This document shows positions 14,345-22,365 of a DNA stretch of 22,365 nt, one piece after another. This DNA comes from a virus: UHGV virus genome UHGV-1636268. One strand, 5' to 3'. The position numbers and the translations under genes were made by a program. The notes under the pieces are model-generated. The model worked only from the letters and a program-made list of their open reading frames with translations, was not told where the DNA came from and made no database searches. Numbering within the stretch: the stretch's first letter is position 1; each line of letters starts with the position of its first letter.

Positions 14345-16489
14345 TTACATAGAAACTCTGTTACGAATCTCAGCGATTTTTGCATCATTCATTCGTGATT
14401 CACCTTTAATCTTAGTCCATCCAAGATAACCACACACCCTGTTAATCACAGAGATATCATGTGAATGGCAAACCTCACATTCTTCAACATCAGCCTTTGG
14501 TCTGTTACCACAATGCTCACAGATTGCTAAGTCAAAGTTAAGTCCCTGATAAAAACCCTTCAACATCCCTCTGGTAATACAACTTTTAAGTGCTGTTAAG
14601 TTTTCTGGGTTAGCTACCCTTACATACTGGATTCTACCACCTCTACAGATATGGAAGAATGGCTCTTCTAAGTCCTGCTTCTCAAATGGTGAGATGTCTG
14701 CTGCAACATTCATATGGAAACTGTTTGTAAAGTATTCCTTGTCAGAGACACCTTTAATAACGCCAAACATATCTCTGAACTGTTTTAGCTGAGTTCCACA
14801 AAGTGATTCTGCTGGAGTGCCATAGACTGCATATAAGAAGCCATCTTCATTTTTAAACTCTTCAGTTTTCATGTTGATGTATTCCAGAACATCGTATGCA
14901 AAACTACAGCTTCCGACTTCATGAAGTCGTTTACCTTCAGCAAGAACAGACAGCTCATCAAGAGCAGTAACCCCAAAAGAAGCTGTGAAGGATTTCACAA
15001 TATCCCAACCAACCCTGTCAGTAGGTTTCTTAGTCCCTTTGTACAGACCACCTTGTGTGAATGCAAGAGGGTTAGAACTTGCTGGCATATTAGCAATCAT
15101 TTCGTAACGTTTCTTGTGGAAGCTGCGAATCATCTCTAGGTACTTATTAAGCTCTTTCCAGAAATCTAAACCATTCTCTTTAGAATACTGGTAAATCATT
15201 GGTAAGTTCAAAGATACAGCACCAATGTTAGCACGACCAACGTAGAACTCTTCCCCATCCTCATTAAGATATGGAGATAAGAAGGCTCTACAACCCATCG
15301 GCGAAATTACCTTGCCAGAACGCTCAAAAGCTTCTGCTACAGCACCATGACCAGATACACTTAAGAAATCTGGATACATCGCTTTAGAGCAACACTCTAT
15401 AGCTTTACTGTACAGGTGGCCTTGACAGATATTCTCATTATGTCTCTTCTGGTCATAAATATAAACAAGTTTAGGGAATACAACAGGTTTCTTGCTCTTA
15501 CCTTGTCCATTCATACGAACATCTAGGAGAGTACTTGCAATCATATATTGCAGTCGGTTATCTTCATTGGACATATCTGAGTCAAGTAACCCGAATGTCA
15601 AAGTTGTGAATGCAAAATCCCCACGGCTACAAGGTACAGTGTTTAGTTTCATTTCAAGTGACTGGAAACCTTGAGTCAGTTCAATCTGTAGCTGCTCCAT
15701 GACATAATTGTGGTAATGTTCTTTAGGAATACCATAAGATGCTGCTTTCTCAGCATGGTAGCGTAGAGACTTCTTAGCATACGGCACAAGTACCTTATCA
15801 ATCTCTGCTAAAGTAAAGCCACCAAATTGCTGTGCAGTTGCTGAAAGAACTACGTCACCAATAACCTGCAACGCTGACAGCACAGACTTCGGTTCACAAT
15901 ATTCGATGCCAGACATTTCAAAGCCACCTTTCAGGACTTTACCAATGTCAAACAGGCAACAGTTAATACCACCAAAAATCAGGTCTCTTAAATCATGGAT
16001 ATAGATAAAGCCTTTCTCAATGGCTTCAAGTTCCTCTGGTGTTAGATGATACTGTTTAAAGATTTCTTTAGTCAGGTAACCACGGATAATTGAACCTTTC
16101 GTAGAAATTAAACTGCTGTCAAAGTTAGCATTTTCACGGTCACCTAAGAAGAGTGTATCTTTAGTCTTCTGGTAGAGTTCATCCCAATTTTGAGCAACCT
16201 CTTTACGGTAATTTCTATATGTTGAGTAAGACTCATAAATCTCGTGATTGACTTCTGCCAAAGCACCCTCAACAATACTGTGAATATCATTTACCGAAAT
16301 TAGCAAATTATTCTGCTTAGTGGACTTTACCAGAATCCTCATAAATGCTGACTCAAGAGCTTGAGTAACATCTGGTGGAAGCTCTTTATAACCAACTCTG
16401 TTAGCTGACTTTGTGACTGCTGCTAAAACTTTTTTGATATCAGGTTCTTCAAGTGAGCCATTCTTTTTAATAATCTGTACTTTGTTCAT
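14345..16489 (-). CDS. nrdD: Anaerobic ribonucleoside-triphosphate reductase (class III, glycyl radical enzyme)
   Basis: C-terminal glycyl-radical motif RVCGYLG preceded by zinc ribbon CEHCGN...CEVC; N-terminal ATP-cone-like segment; 714 aa; ATG start with AAGGGG SD. Confidence 0.9.
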   Translation of the reverse strand: MNKVQIIKKNGSLEEPDIKKVLAAVTKSANRVGYKELPPDVTQALESAFMRILVKSTKQNNLLISVNDIHSIVEGALAEVNHEIYESYSTYRNYRKEVAQNWDELYQKTKDTLFLGDRENANFDSSLISTKGSIIRGYLTKEIFKQYHLTPEELEAIEKGFIYIHDLRDLIFGGINCCLFDIGKVLKGGFEMSGIEYCEPKSVLSALQVIGDVVLSATAQQFGGFTLAEIDKVLVPYAKKSLRYHAEKAASYGIPKEHYHNYVMEQLQIELTQGFQSLEMKLNTVPCSRGDFAFTTLTFGLLDSDMSNEDNRLQYMIASTLLDVRMNGQGKSKKPVVFPKLVYIYDQKRHNENICQGHLYSKAIECCSKAMYPDFLSVSGHGAVAEAFERSGKVISPMGCRAFLSPYLNEDGEEFYVGRANIGAVSLNLPMIYQYSKENGLDFWKELNKYLEMIRSFHKKRYEMIANMPASSNPLAFTQGGLYKGTKKPTDRVGWDIVKSFTASFGVTALDELSVLAEGKRLHEVGSCSFAYDVLEYINMKTEEFKNEDGFLYAVYGTPAESLCGTQLKQFRDMFGVIKGVSDKEYFTNSFHMNVAADISPFEKQDLEEPFFHICRGGRIQYVRVANPENLTALKSCITRGMLKGFYQGLNFDLAICEHCGNRPKADVEECEVCHSHDISVINRVCGYLGWTKIKGESRMNDAKIAEIRNRVSM

Positions 16490-16508
16490 TATTGCCCCTT
16501 TACATGCT

Positions 16509-16529
16509 AAAAAGGTCTCCGAAGAGACC
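16509..16529 (-). terminator. Rho-independent terminator (GGTCTC-cgaa-GAGACC hairpin + T5)
   Basis: Perfect 6-bp stem 16514-16519/16524-16529; A-run 16509-16513 gives TTTTT on the minus strand; 9 nt after the stop at 16538. It separates the aerobic and anaerobic reductase gene blocks. Confidence 0.55.
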
Positions 16530-16537
16530 CTTTCATT

Positions 16538-16744
16538 TTAAATCTTTTTAGAAAACTTCGCAAAGAGTTCTCTTAGTTTTTCAGTGATACCTAACTGTAT
16601 CTCTAATATTTCGAAGATAACCCATAGTAACATGGCTCCAAACAATGAACCTTGTTCAAAGTCAGTAAATAGATTAACAATAAGCATACCAATCACAATA
16701 GCTGGTGCATCAACAACAAAACCTTCCCAAATGCGTTTAAGCAT
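16538..16744 (-). CDS. Small hydrophobic protein (68 aa), predicted membrane protein
   Basis: Hydrophobic core AIVIGMLIVNLF...LFGAMLLWVIF; ATG start overlapping the end of the redoxin gene. Confidence 0.4.
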   Translation of the reverse strand: MLKRIWEGFVVDAPAIVIGMLIVNLFTDFEQGSLFGAMLLWVIFEILEIQLGITEKLRELFAKFSKKI

Positions 16745-16979
16745 TATTCACCTCTGCCATAAAATTCTGTAGCGTACCAACAGGTTTTAGGTTTTGCCCA
16801 TCAGTTTTCATGATGAATGGCATCTGACGAACTGGCATCTGTGCAATATCAATCAGGTCTGATAGTTCATAGTCCTGCCCTAACATTCTCACAACATGGT
16901 CAATACCACGAGCTTTTGCAAAATTCTTTGCAGTCTCGCACTGAGGGCATCCAGTTTTGGAGTAAATTACATAAGTCAT
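16737..16979 (-). CDS. Glutaredoxin-like redoxin (NrdH/NrdC type), probable electron donor for the class Ia reductase
   Basis: Active-site CPQC at residues 11-14 in an 80-aa thioredoxin-fold-sized protein; its ATG overlaps the nrdB stop as TAATG. Confidence 0.75.
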   Translation of the reverse strand: MTYVIYSKTGCPQCETAKNFAKARGIDHVVRMLGQDYELSDLIDIAQMPVRQMPFIMKTDGQNLKPVGTLQNFMAEVNNA

Positions 16980-18052
16980 TAAGGAACCTCTAAAAATCCA
17001 CTATTCAAATCATCTACAACAGTATTCAATAGGTACGCACCGTTCTGTTGCTCCTGATTAGCATTCTGCTCTTTATCAATTTCCATCTTCTTAATCATGT
17101 ACTTCAAAGGTGGTTCTTTAGGAGCTACAAAATCTCTGGGAATGCCAAACATATCATACAGTGGGGCAGCATTATAGTAAACCCACTCATGAAGAAGCTT
17201 TGTATTTAAGCCAACTACAGCACGTCCTTCGGAGAAGATATAATACGACCATTTCTCTTCACTTTCAACTACTTCATCTAAGATTACTTTAATCTCTGGA
17301 AGAATTTGTTGAAAAGCTTTCTGCCACTCATCATCTCTTAAAGTTTCTTTTAAAACTTCAATATCAATTTTAGTGTGAAGGATTTCATCAAGCATAATCT
17401 TCTGCACAGCTTGAGCAATACCCTGAAATTTATCTTGAGCATCAAGTGCAAAAGTACATGCAAAGGATGCCATAAAAGATATACCTTCAAGTGCAGTCAC
17501 TGCAAACAGCCCTTTCAGAATCACTTTATGGAAGTGTAAAGGGTCTTTGTCCAGAAGTGAATCACGCACATAACTCAGACGATAGTTTATACCTTCATCC
17601 AGTAATTCTTCAAGAACACGATTCACAGTTTTTAATCGGTCTTGCACAGCAACATTCTGGTTAATCTCATCTAAGATTGTTTCAGGGTTTTTAATACATT
17701 GCCTTACAATCTCTGAGTAAGTAAGGGCATGTAGGTTTTCAATCTCAGACTGCTTCATAATTGCAGTTGCATAGATGTCATCAGAGATAAATGGTGCAAA
17801 GGCAAATGCCAAGCTCTTAGCAACTTGAGTATCTGCTTCCCACTGCCACTTAAGAATCTCAAGCATTACACCTGACATTGATGCTGGGACACTCTCAAAA
17901 TCAAGACGTGATTGTTCAAAAGGGAACTCATCTTCTGACCAGTCTTGTGCTTTTTGTTGTTTATAAAGTTCAAAGATTTTTGGGTAGTGTTTATTAAGTG
18001 AGTCAAAAGTTTTTCTCTCACCACCTAAAAAGATTGGGTGCTGGTTAATCAT
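16979..18052 (-). CDS. nrdB: Ribonucleoside-diphosphate reductase beta subunit (class Ia)
   Basis: Ferritin-like R2 features including LEGISFMASFACTFAL. Start trimmed to ATG at 18052..18050 (MINQHPIF...), which overlaps the upstream stop as ATGA; the track's 18112 start is TTG. Confidence 0.9.
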   Translation of the reverse strand: MINQHPIFLGGERKTFDSLNKHYPKIFELYKQQKAQDWSEDEFPFEQSRLDFESVPASMSGVMLEILKWQWEADTQVAKSLAFAFAPFISDDIYATAIMKQSEIENLHALTYSEIVRQCIKNPETILDEINQNVAVQDRLKTVNRVLEELLDEGINYRLSYVRDSLLDKDPLHFHKVILKGLFAVTALEGISFMASFACTFALDAQDKFQGIAQAVQKIMLDEILHTKIDIEVLKETLRDDEWQKAFQQILPEIKVILDEVVESEEKWSYYIFSEGRAVVGLNTKLLHEWVYYNAAPLYDMFGIPRDFVAPKEPPLKYMIKKMEIDKEQNANQEQQNGAYLLNTVVDDLNSGFLEVP

Positions 18053-18306
18053 AGCGTGATTTCTCCTTTCTTTATCATTTCTAAGGCTTGTTTTCTGTCT
18101 AAAACTTCCCAATTTTCTTTGTTGAACATCTCATAAGGTCTTGCGTAGATTTTACCATCTGCTGTAGAGATGTAAGAGATACCAGCAACCCATGAGTCAT
18201 CCTTTTGTTTTATCATCATATCTGTGCTACTCACATAGTACATCGTTTTCCGAGGCTTGTGGAGCAAGTATATAGGTCGCTCATGTTTTTCTATTAAATC
18301 TTTCAT
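18049..18306 (-). CDS. Hypothetical protein between nrdA and nrdB (85 aa from the internal ATG; 113 aa if started at 18390)
   Basis: The ATG at 18306 has a GGAGAG SD; the longer form from 18390 would overlap the nrdA 3' end by 29 nt. No HNH or GIY-YIG endonuclease motifs seen. Confidence 0.45.
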   Translation of the reverse strand: MKDLIEKHERPIYLLHKPRKTMYYVSSTDMMIKQKDDSWVAGISYISTADGKIYARPYEMFNKENWEVLDRKQALEMIKKGEITL

Positions 18307-18361
18307 GGTCTCTCCAAAGTTATTTTTAGATGGTCTTTTACGACCCTCATAGTTGTTAAAA

Positions 18362-20596
18362 CTAAACACCACAACCCTCGCAATAAGCATCTTGCAGTGC
18401 AGATTTACCTACACCAATGCGACTGTTAAGGTAGTACATGGTTTTCATACCTACCGAGTTGGCATAAATCATGTACTTCAAAGCTTGAGCCAATGATACC
18501 TTCTTAGACTTTGCATAGTCAACATAGAAGTCTGAAGAGATAGCTTGACCAGTGAACTTTTGAACAATTGCATAACAGTCAATCATATCAAAGGTGTCGA
18601 TATCCCAAGCAATTTCATAGACATACTTCAATTCTTCATAATCTGGAACAATAAACAGTACGTTACCAGTTGCAGACTTTTTAGTTAAAATAAAGTCACG
18701 AATTGGGTACAAACCATTTGTCGTATTGGTTGCCAGTGAAGAACTCTCATTAGGCATGTAAGCTTCTAATACAGAGTTTCGGATTCCACCATTTTCTTTG
18801 ATACGTTGTGCTAAGTCATCCCAATCATATCGTAGTTTTGCATCATGCTTTTCATCAATCTTCTTGTTAGCTGTCTTTGGAGGAACCCAGCCTTCAGGAT
18901 ACTTAGTGAACTTCATGTACTCTGGCACGCCACGTTCTTTAGCAAGTCTCAGAGAGGCTTCATGCAGATAGTAAGAGTGCATCTCTGCCAGTTCATGAAG
19001 TTTCGTTTTACCTGCTCGTGAAGAGTAGTTCACGTAGTTCTTCGCAAGGTAATGAGCCACATTTGTAAGGCCAATCCCAACAGAACGACGCTTCTGAACG
19101 TGGTTACGCATCGACGGATACGGATAATCCATAAGGTCAATAACGGAGTCAACCATTGCAAGAGCATAATAAGCAACGTCAGCGTATTCATCTTCTGAAA
19201 TTCTCCCTGCAACCAAACTAGCTAGGAAGCAAAGAGCCACCTCACCATCCTCTTTCACAGCATCATCTCTGTAAAGGTCTGTCTCTTTCTCAAAACCATA
19301 CACTGGCAATACAATTTCCATACAAAGATTTGACATCTTCAAAGGCTCTTTAAATGGTGTATGTGTGTTTGCATTATTCGTGAAGAATGGGTACACACGA
19401 CCTGTTGCATAACGCTGCTGGATAAACAGTTTAGCAATTTCACGAGCCTTTACTCGTCTGTGCTTAACACCTGAATGCACTGCGTGACCAACTGCCATAG
19501 CAAACTCATCAGCAGATGCTGTGTAGAACATGTCATAGAGTTTTGGTGCATCTTTGTAAGAGAATAGCAACCAGTCTGTATCATATTGAACACACTGCCA
19601 GAAATAATCATTTGTACCAAATGAGTAGTCCATCTCATTAATACGTTTAGAAGGAACCGTTGTAGGGTGCTTCAAACGCAGTAAATCTTCAATCTGCGGG
19701 TCTAGAGCAGTGTAGAAGTTATTAGCTGAACCACCACGACTCTTCTGTTTGTTTGCCTCTACAGATGAGCGTACAAGCTTGTAATAAGGTAGTTTACCCA
19801 TGTGCTCAATAGTATTTTGACGGATACCATCACCAATAGTACGAGTCTCCATCAGCATCCCAATGCCAGCTTGCTTTGTAGTCATATCATAAGCAACCTT
19901 TGCAGCAATACCGAGAGACTCAGCAGTATCATTTGCCTTAATCAAACAGCATGACGCATAACCTGATTTAGTTGCTCTTAACCCGTTTAAATAGGGCGTA
20001 GGAGCGTTAATCTTCAGGTCAGATAGGTAAGTGTACAGCTTGATAACATCTTGCAGTCTACGGTGCTTTGGTTGCTTCTCAAAGGCTTTCATAGCCATAC
20101 CCATGAACATAAATTGTGGTGACTCAAAAAGTCTTCCCGTTTTAATATCACGGATACCATACTTGTCTCTGAACTGTTTCAAGACTGCATAACCGTAAGA
20201 GATATCTTTTGAGTGCACAATGTAACCTTGCAGGTATTCAAGCTCTTCCTGTGAGTAGTCCATCTTCTCCCAAAGTCCTGCTCTCTCCATATTTTTAACG
20301 AAGGTAACCAGCGTAGGAACCTTAGTAAATCCTCCAAATGCTTCTTTGTAGATAATACCCAAAAGCAGTCGTCCAGCCATATCTGAGTACTCTTGAGTTT
20401 GTTTATCAACACAAACATCAATCATGGCTTGGTGCATCTCTTTTGTAGTGCAACCCTCATAGACACGTTTCATAGCTTCCATAGTGACTTCTGACCAGAT
20501 AATTCCACGTTTATCTGCCCATGATGCCCACTTATTCAGTCTTTCTGGGTCAAAGCTTACTACTGTACCATTTGATTTTTTAATTGTCTTAATCAT
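18362..20596 (-). CDS. nrdA: Ribonucleoside-diphosphate reductase alpha subunit (class Ia)
   Basis: 744 aa; active-site region SNLCMEIVLP (cf. conserved NLCTEI); C-terminal redox cysteines CEGCGV; ATG start with AGGA SD. Confidence 0.9.
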   Translation of the reverse strand: MIKTIKKSNGTVVSFDPERLNKWASWADKRGIIWSEVTMEAMKRVYEGCTTKEMHQAMIDVCVDKQTQEYSDMAGRLLLGIIYKEAFGGFTKVPTLVTFVKNMERAGLWEKMDYSQEELEYLQGYIVHSKDISYGYAVLKQFRDKYGIRDIKTGRLFESPQFMFMGMAMKAFEKQPKHRRLQDVIKLYTYLSDLKINAPTPYLNGLRATKSGYASCCLIKANDTAESLGIAAKVAYDMTTKQAGIGMLMETRTIGDGIRQNTIEHMGKLPYYKLVRSSVEANKQKSRGGSANNFYTALDPQIEDLLRLKHPTTVPSKRINEMDYSFGTNDYFWQCVQYDTDWLLFSYKDAPKLYDMFYTASADEFAMAVGHAVHSGVKHRRVKAREIAKLFIQQRYATGRVYPFFTNNANTHTPFKEPLKMSNLCMEIVLPVYGFEKETDLYRDDAVKEDGEVALCFLASLVAGRISEDEYADVAYYALAMVDSVIDLMDYPYPSMRNHVQKRRSVGIGLTNVAHYLAKNYVNYSSRAGKTKLHELAEMHSYYLHEASLRLAKERGVPEYMKFTKYPEGWVPPKTANKKIDEKHDAKLRYDWDDLAQRIKENGGIRNSVLEAYMPNESSSLATNTTNGLYPIRDFILTKKSATGNVLFIVPDYEELKYVYEIAWDIDTFDMIDCYAIVQKFTGQAISSDFYVDYAKSKKVSLAQALKYMIYANSVGMKTMYYLNSRIGVGKSALQDAYCEGCGV

Positions 20597-20614
20597 TTTC
20601 GAATCCTACAGATG

Positions 20615-20636
20615 AAAAGAGCCTCCGAAGAGGCTC
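20615..20636 (-). terminator. Rho-independent terminator (GAGCCTC-cgaa-GAGGCTC hairpin + T4)
   Basis: Perfect 7-bp stem 20619-20625/20630-20636 with CGAA loop; A-run 20615-20618; 7 nt after the stop at 20643 and directly upstream of the nrdA ribosome-binding site. Confidence 0.55.
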
Positions 20637-20642
20637 CCTAGT

Positions 20643-20981
20643 TTAAATCTTGAAAATTTGCTCATTCTGCCACATATCGTAAAACTTATCACTTACTTTT
20701 GTGACTGAAGAAGTGTGCATACAATTCAGGGAGAACCATGATGATGTATTATCATCCATAAGTGTTTCAAGTTTTTGTGTAACGTTCACATCCATGTCTG
20801 CAACAACGTAATTGCCTCGCATCTTGCAAACAATTCTTCCAAACAAGATTGCACTTCTACCTCTTCGGTCATCACAGTACATAACTGTGTCCCCGTGCTT
20901 AACATCTTGTCCGAGGCTGTCAACGCCTAACTTAGCACCTGAGATAATGTCATCATAAGATAGCTTTTTTGCTTTAGACAC
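20643..20981 (-). CDS. Hypothetical protein (112 aa)
   Basis: GTG start at 20981 with GGAG SD 8 nt upstream; no recognisable motif. Confidence 0.45.
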   Translation of the reverse strand: MSKAKKLSYDDIISGAKLGVDSLGQDVKHGDTVMYCDDRRGRSAILFGRIVCKMRGNYVVADMDVNVTQKLETLMDDNTSSWFSLNCMHTSSVTKVSDKFYDMWQNEQIFKI

Positions 20982-21297
20982 GGTATTTCTCCAAGTTTCT
21001 TTTTAGATATAACCAACCGTAGTCAGTCCTTTCTACACCCATAAAGAGCGGAGCCATCACAACTTTACCGAAAGTATTCCTGTGTTGGCAGATTTCAAAA
21101 GAATATTCTTTCTCAATATCAATCCCATATTTGTACAGGACTGCTTTTAAAACTTGTTCATTGTCCAGAAGTGTATCTGGAGTCTCACCATACTTTTCTA
21201 GTAACGGGTCATTCATAAACACCGTCATAGAAATATTGTAGTTTGAGAAGTGGCTCTTCTGAGCCACACCCTCTTTATTAATGTTCTGTGAATCCAT
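20974..21297 (-). CDS. Hypothetical protein (~107 aa)
   Basis: Start trimmed to ATG at 21297..21295 (the track's start is TTG at 21306); no recognisable motif. Confidence 0.45.
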   Translation of the reverse strand: MDSQNINKEGVAQKSHFSNYNISMTVFMNDPLLEKYGETPDTLLDNEQVLKAVLYKYGIDIEKEYSFEICQHRNTFGKVVMAPLFMGVERTDYGWLYLKRNLEKYRV

Positions 21298-22033
21298 TAT
21301 AACCAACCCCTTTTAACCAGCACTTCAGGTTATTAGCATCATAATTCAGTTTCGGGTATGAGGTTACATGAAACTGCTCACCATCATAATAGACAATATC
21401 TGCAATCCATAGTCCATTCTCTTTACAGAAGTCTTTATCTGCTTTAGAGGTAATTGGATTAACTTCTACAAAACCATCTACACCCAAATCCTTTAAGCTA
21501 CCTACAATACCTTTGCAGATAACGCATGTCTCAGATACTACCACAAAAAGTTCTTGGCTTTCAAGTTCTACAATGTATTCACCAAGCTGTACTTTAGGGA
21601 GATTCGATTGCTTCATAATCTTCCCATCTGCTGCACGAACAATGGCATACCACTCTTTACCATCAACTACTGACATTCTGATAATACACTCTTGACCAGT
21701 ACGCTTCTCAATATCTGCAAGACGTTTTAAAGCTTCTTCATAATCGTCTGTGTACTTCAGGTCATTATTACGGCAAACAGCTTTCATAGCACCGTTATGG
21801 TCATGTTGTGACAGGTAAATCAAACCGTCAAGAACATATTGCAAATCTGCCTGAGCATCCAGTGTCTCAATGGGGTCTTTCTCTTCAATTGCTTTTACAA
21901 GCTCTTTTGCTTCTTCAAGCATACACAGAGATTGAGATTTTAAAGATTCCCAATACTCATCACTGTAAGGTTGCTTTTGAGTGTTTCCACAACGAAGGTT
22001 CCAGTTTTTTACTGATTCTCTTGAGTTAAACAT
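21278..22033 (-). CDS. Hypothetical protein (251 aa); N-terminal region weakly MazG-like (all-alpha NTP pyrophosphohydrolase), C-terminal domain unknown
   Basis: ATG start; the segment LEEAKELVKAIEEKDPIETLDAQADLQYVLDGL resembles the MazG/HisE-type EExxE...DxxD metal-binding helices. Product call is tentative. Confidence 0.45.
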   Translation of the reverse strand: MFNSRESVKNWNLRCGNTQKQPYSDEYWESLKSQSLCMLEEAKELVKAIEEKDPIETLDAQADLQYVLDGLIYLSQHDHNGAMKAVCRNNDLKYTDDYEEALKRLADIEKRTGQECIIRMSVVDGKEWYAIVRAADGKIMKQSNLPKVQLGEYIVELESQELFVVVSETCVICKGIVGSLKDLGVDGFVEVNPITSKADKDFCKENGLWIADIVYYDGEQFHVTSYPKLNYDANNLKCWLKGVGYNGFTEH

Positions 22034-22236
22034 TCGGACTCCTTAAAATATCTGTTAACTTTTAGCTCTCGTGTTTCAATATATTCTAGATGCTCACGTA
22101 GCTCTTGACGTTTAAGCATTAGGTGCTGCATTTGAGATTCAACAGCTTCAACCTCTTTGATTATTGACTCTCTAGCATTTGCAAGGATGCGCTCAAGTTC
22201 TTCAATCTTGCTGTCAACTTTTGCTACATGACTCAC
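22009..22236 (-). CDS. Small predicted coiled-coil protein (75 aa); start uncertain
   Basis: GTG start at 22236 with weak SD; heptad-like charged helix (EELERILANARESIIKEVEAVESQ); overlaps the downstream gene start by 25 nt. Confidence 0.3.
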   Translation of the reverse strand: MSHVAKVDSKIEELERILANARESIIKEVEAVESQMQHLMLKRQELREHLEYIETRELKVNRYFKESECLTQENQ

Positions 22237-22329
22237 AGCTTTACTTTGTTAAACATTTTATTCTCTCTCAATAGTTATCAAGCACAATTTGCTTTCATTA
22301 CCTTATGGATTCTTTTTTCAGCATCTTCA

Positions 22330-22363
22330 CTGTCTCTTATACACATCTCCGAGCCCACGAGAC
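22330..22363 (+). other. Illumina Nextera (Tn5 mosaic-end) adapter at the window terminus; non-biological
   Basis: Exact match to CTGTCTCTTATACACATCTCCGAGCCCACGAGAC at 22330-22363, running to the end of the window. Confidence 0.9.
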
Positions 22364-22365
22364 TA

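Noticed and set aside
18053-18112. N-terminal extensions in the ORF track (nrdB from 18112, Prs-like from 11286, macro from 1073, 110-aa ORF from 21306)
   Set aside because: Each begins at a TTG and overlaps the upstream gene; a downstream ATG with a proper Shine-Dalgarno sequence and stop/start coupling is the more plausible start.
16979-20596. Group I intron or homing endonuclease in nrdA/nrdB, as in T4
   Set aside because: Both reading frames are continuous and full length; the small ORF between them has no HNH or GIY-YIG motifs.
20597-20606. TTCGAATCC, resembling a tRNA T-loop consensus
   Set aside because: No flanking T-stem complementarity and no acceptor or anticodon arms; it lies in the nrdA leader just upstream of the ribosome-binding site. 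Not a tRNA.
22252-22278. Possible sigma70-like promoter (TTGATA-15 nt-TAAAAT) upstream of the 75-aa ORF
   Set aside because: Suboptimal 15-nt spacer, and the predicted transcription start would leave almost no leader before the GTG start; it also abuts the adapter-truncated contig end.
1-22365. T4-type late promoters (TATAAATA) upstream of minus-strand genes
   Set aside because: A scan by eye of the intergenic spaces for TATTTATA on the plus strand found no convincing instance; not exhaustive, so this is lack of evidence rather than proof of absence.

Overview
This 22.4 kb window reads as a densely packed segment of a large virulent dsDNA phage genome with T4-like gene content; every credible gene is on the minus strand, and all calls rest on motifs read by eye, with no database search run. 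Many adjacent genes overlap at ATGA or TAATG stop/start junctions. Recognisable content, in order of transcription (right to left): aerobic class Ia ribonucleotide reductase (nrdA, nrdB, a CPQC redoxin), anaerobic reductase (nrdD, nrdG), a Prs-like plus NAMPT-like gene pair, rIIA and rIIB, a secreted SLT-type lytic transglycosylase, a HAD-like phosphatase, an overlapped spanin-like pair, and a macro-domain protein. Six GC-rich hairpins with T-runs sit just downstream of stop codons and look like a family of rho-independent terminators. The most interesting element is the Prs-like/NAMPT-like pair, which matches the architecture of a phage NAD+ reconstitution (anti-defence) module; with rIIA/rIIB and the macro-domain gene nearby, this may be a counter-defence neighbourhood. 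The left edge carries a cluster of degenerate direct repeats, and the right edge ends in an Illumina Nextera adapter, so that terminus is a library artefact. The ORF track took the longest ORF, so several N-termini were trimmed to the first ATG with a Shine-Dalgarno sequence; one 58-aa ORF missing from the track is added.
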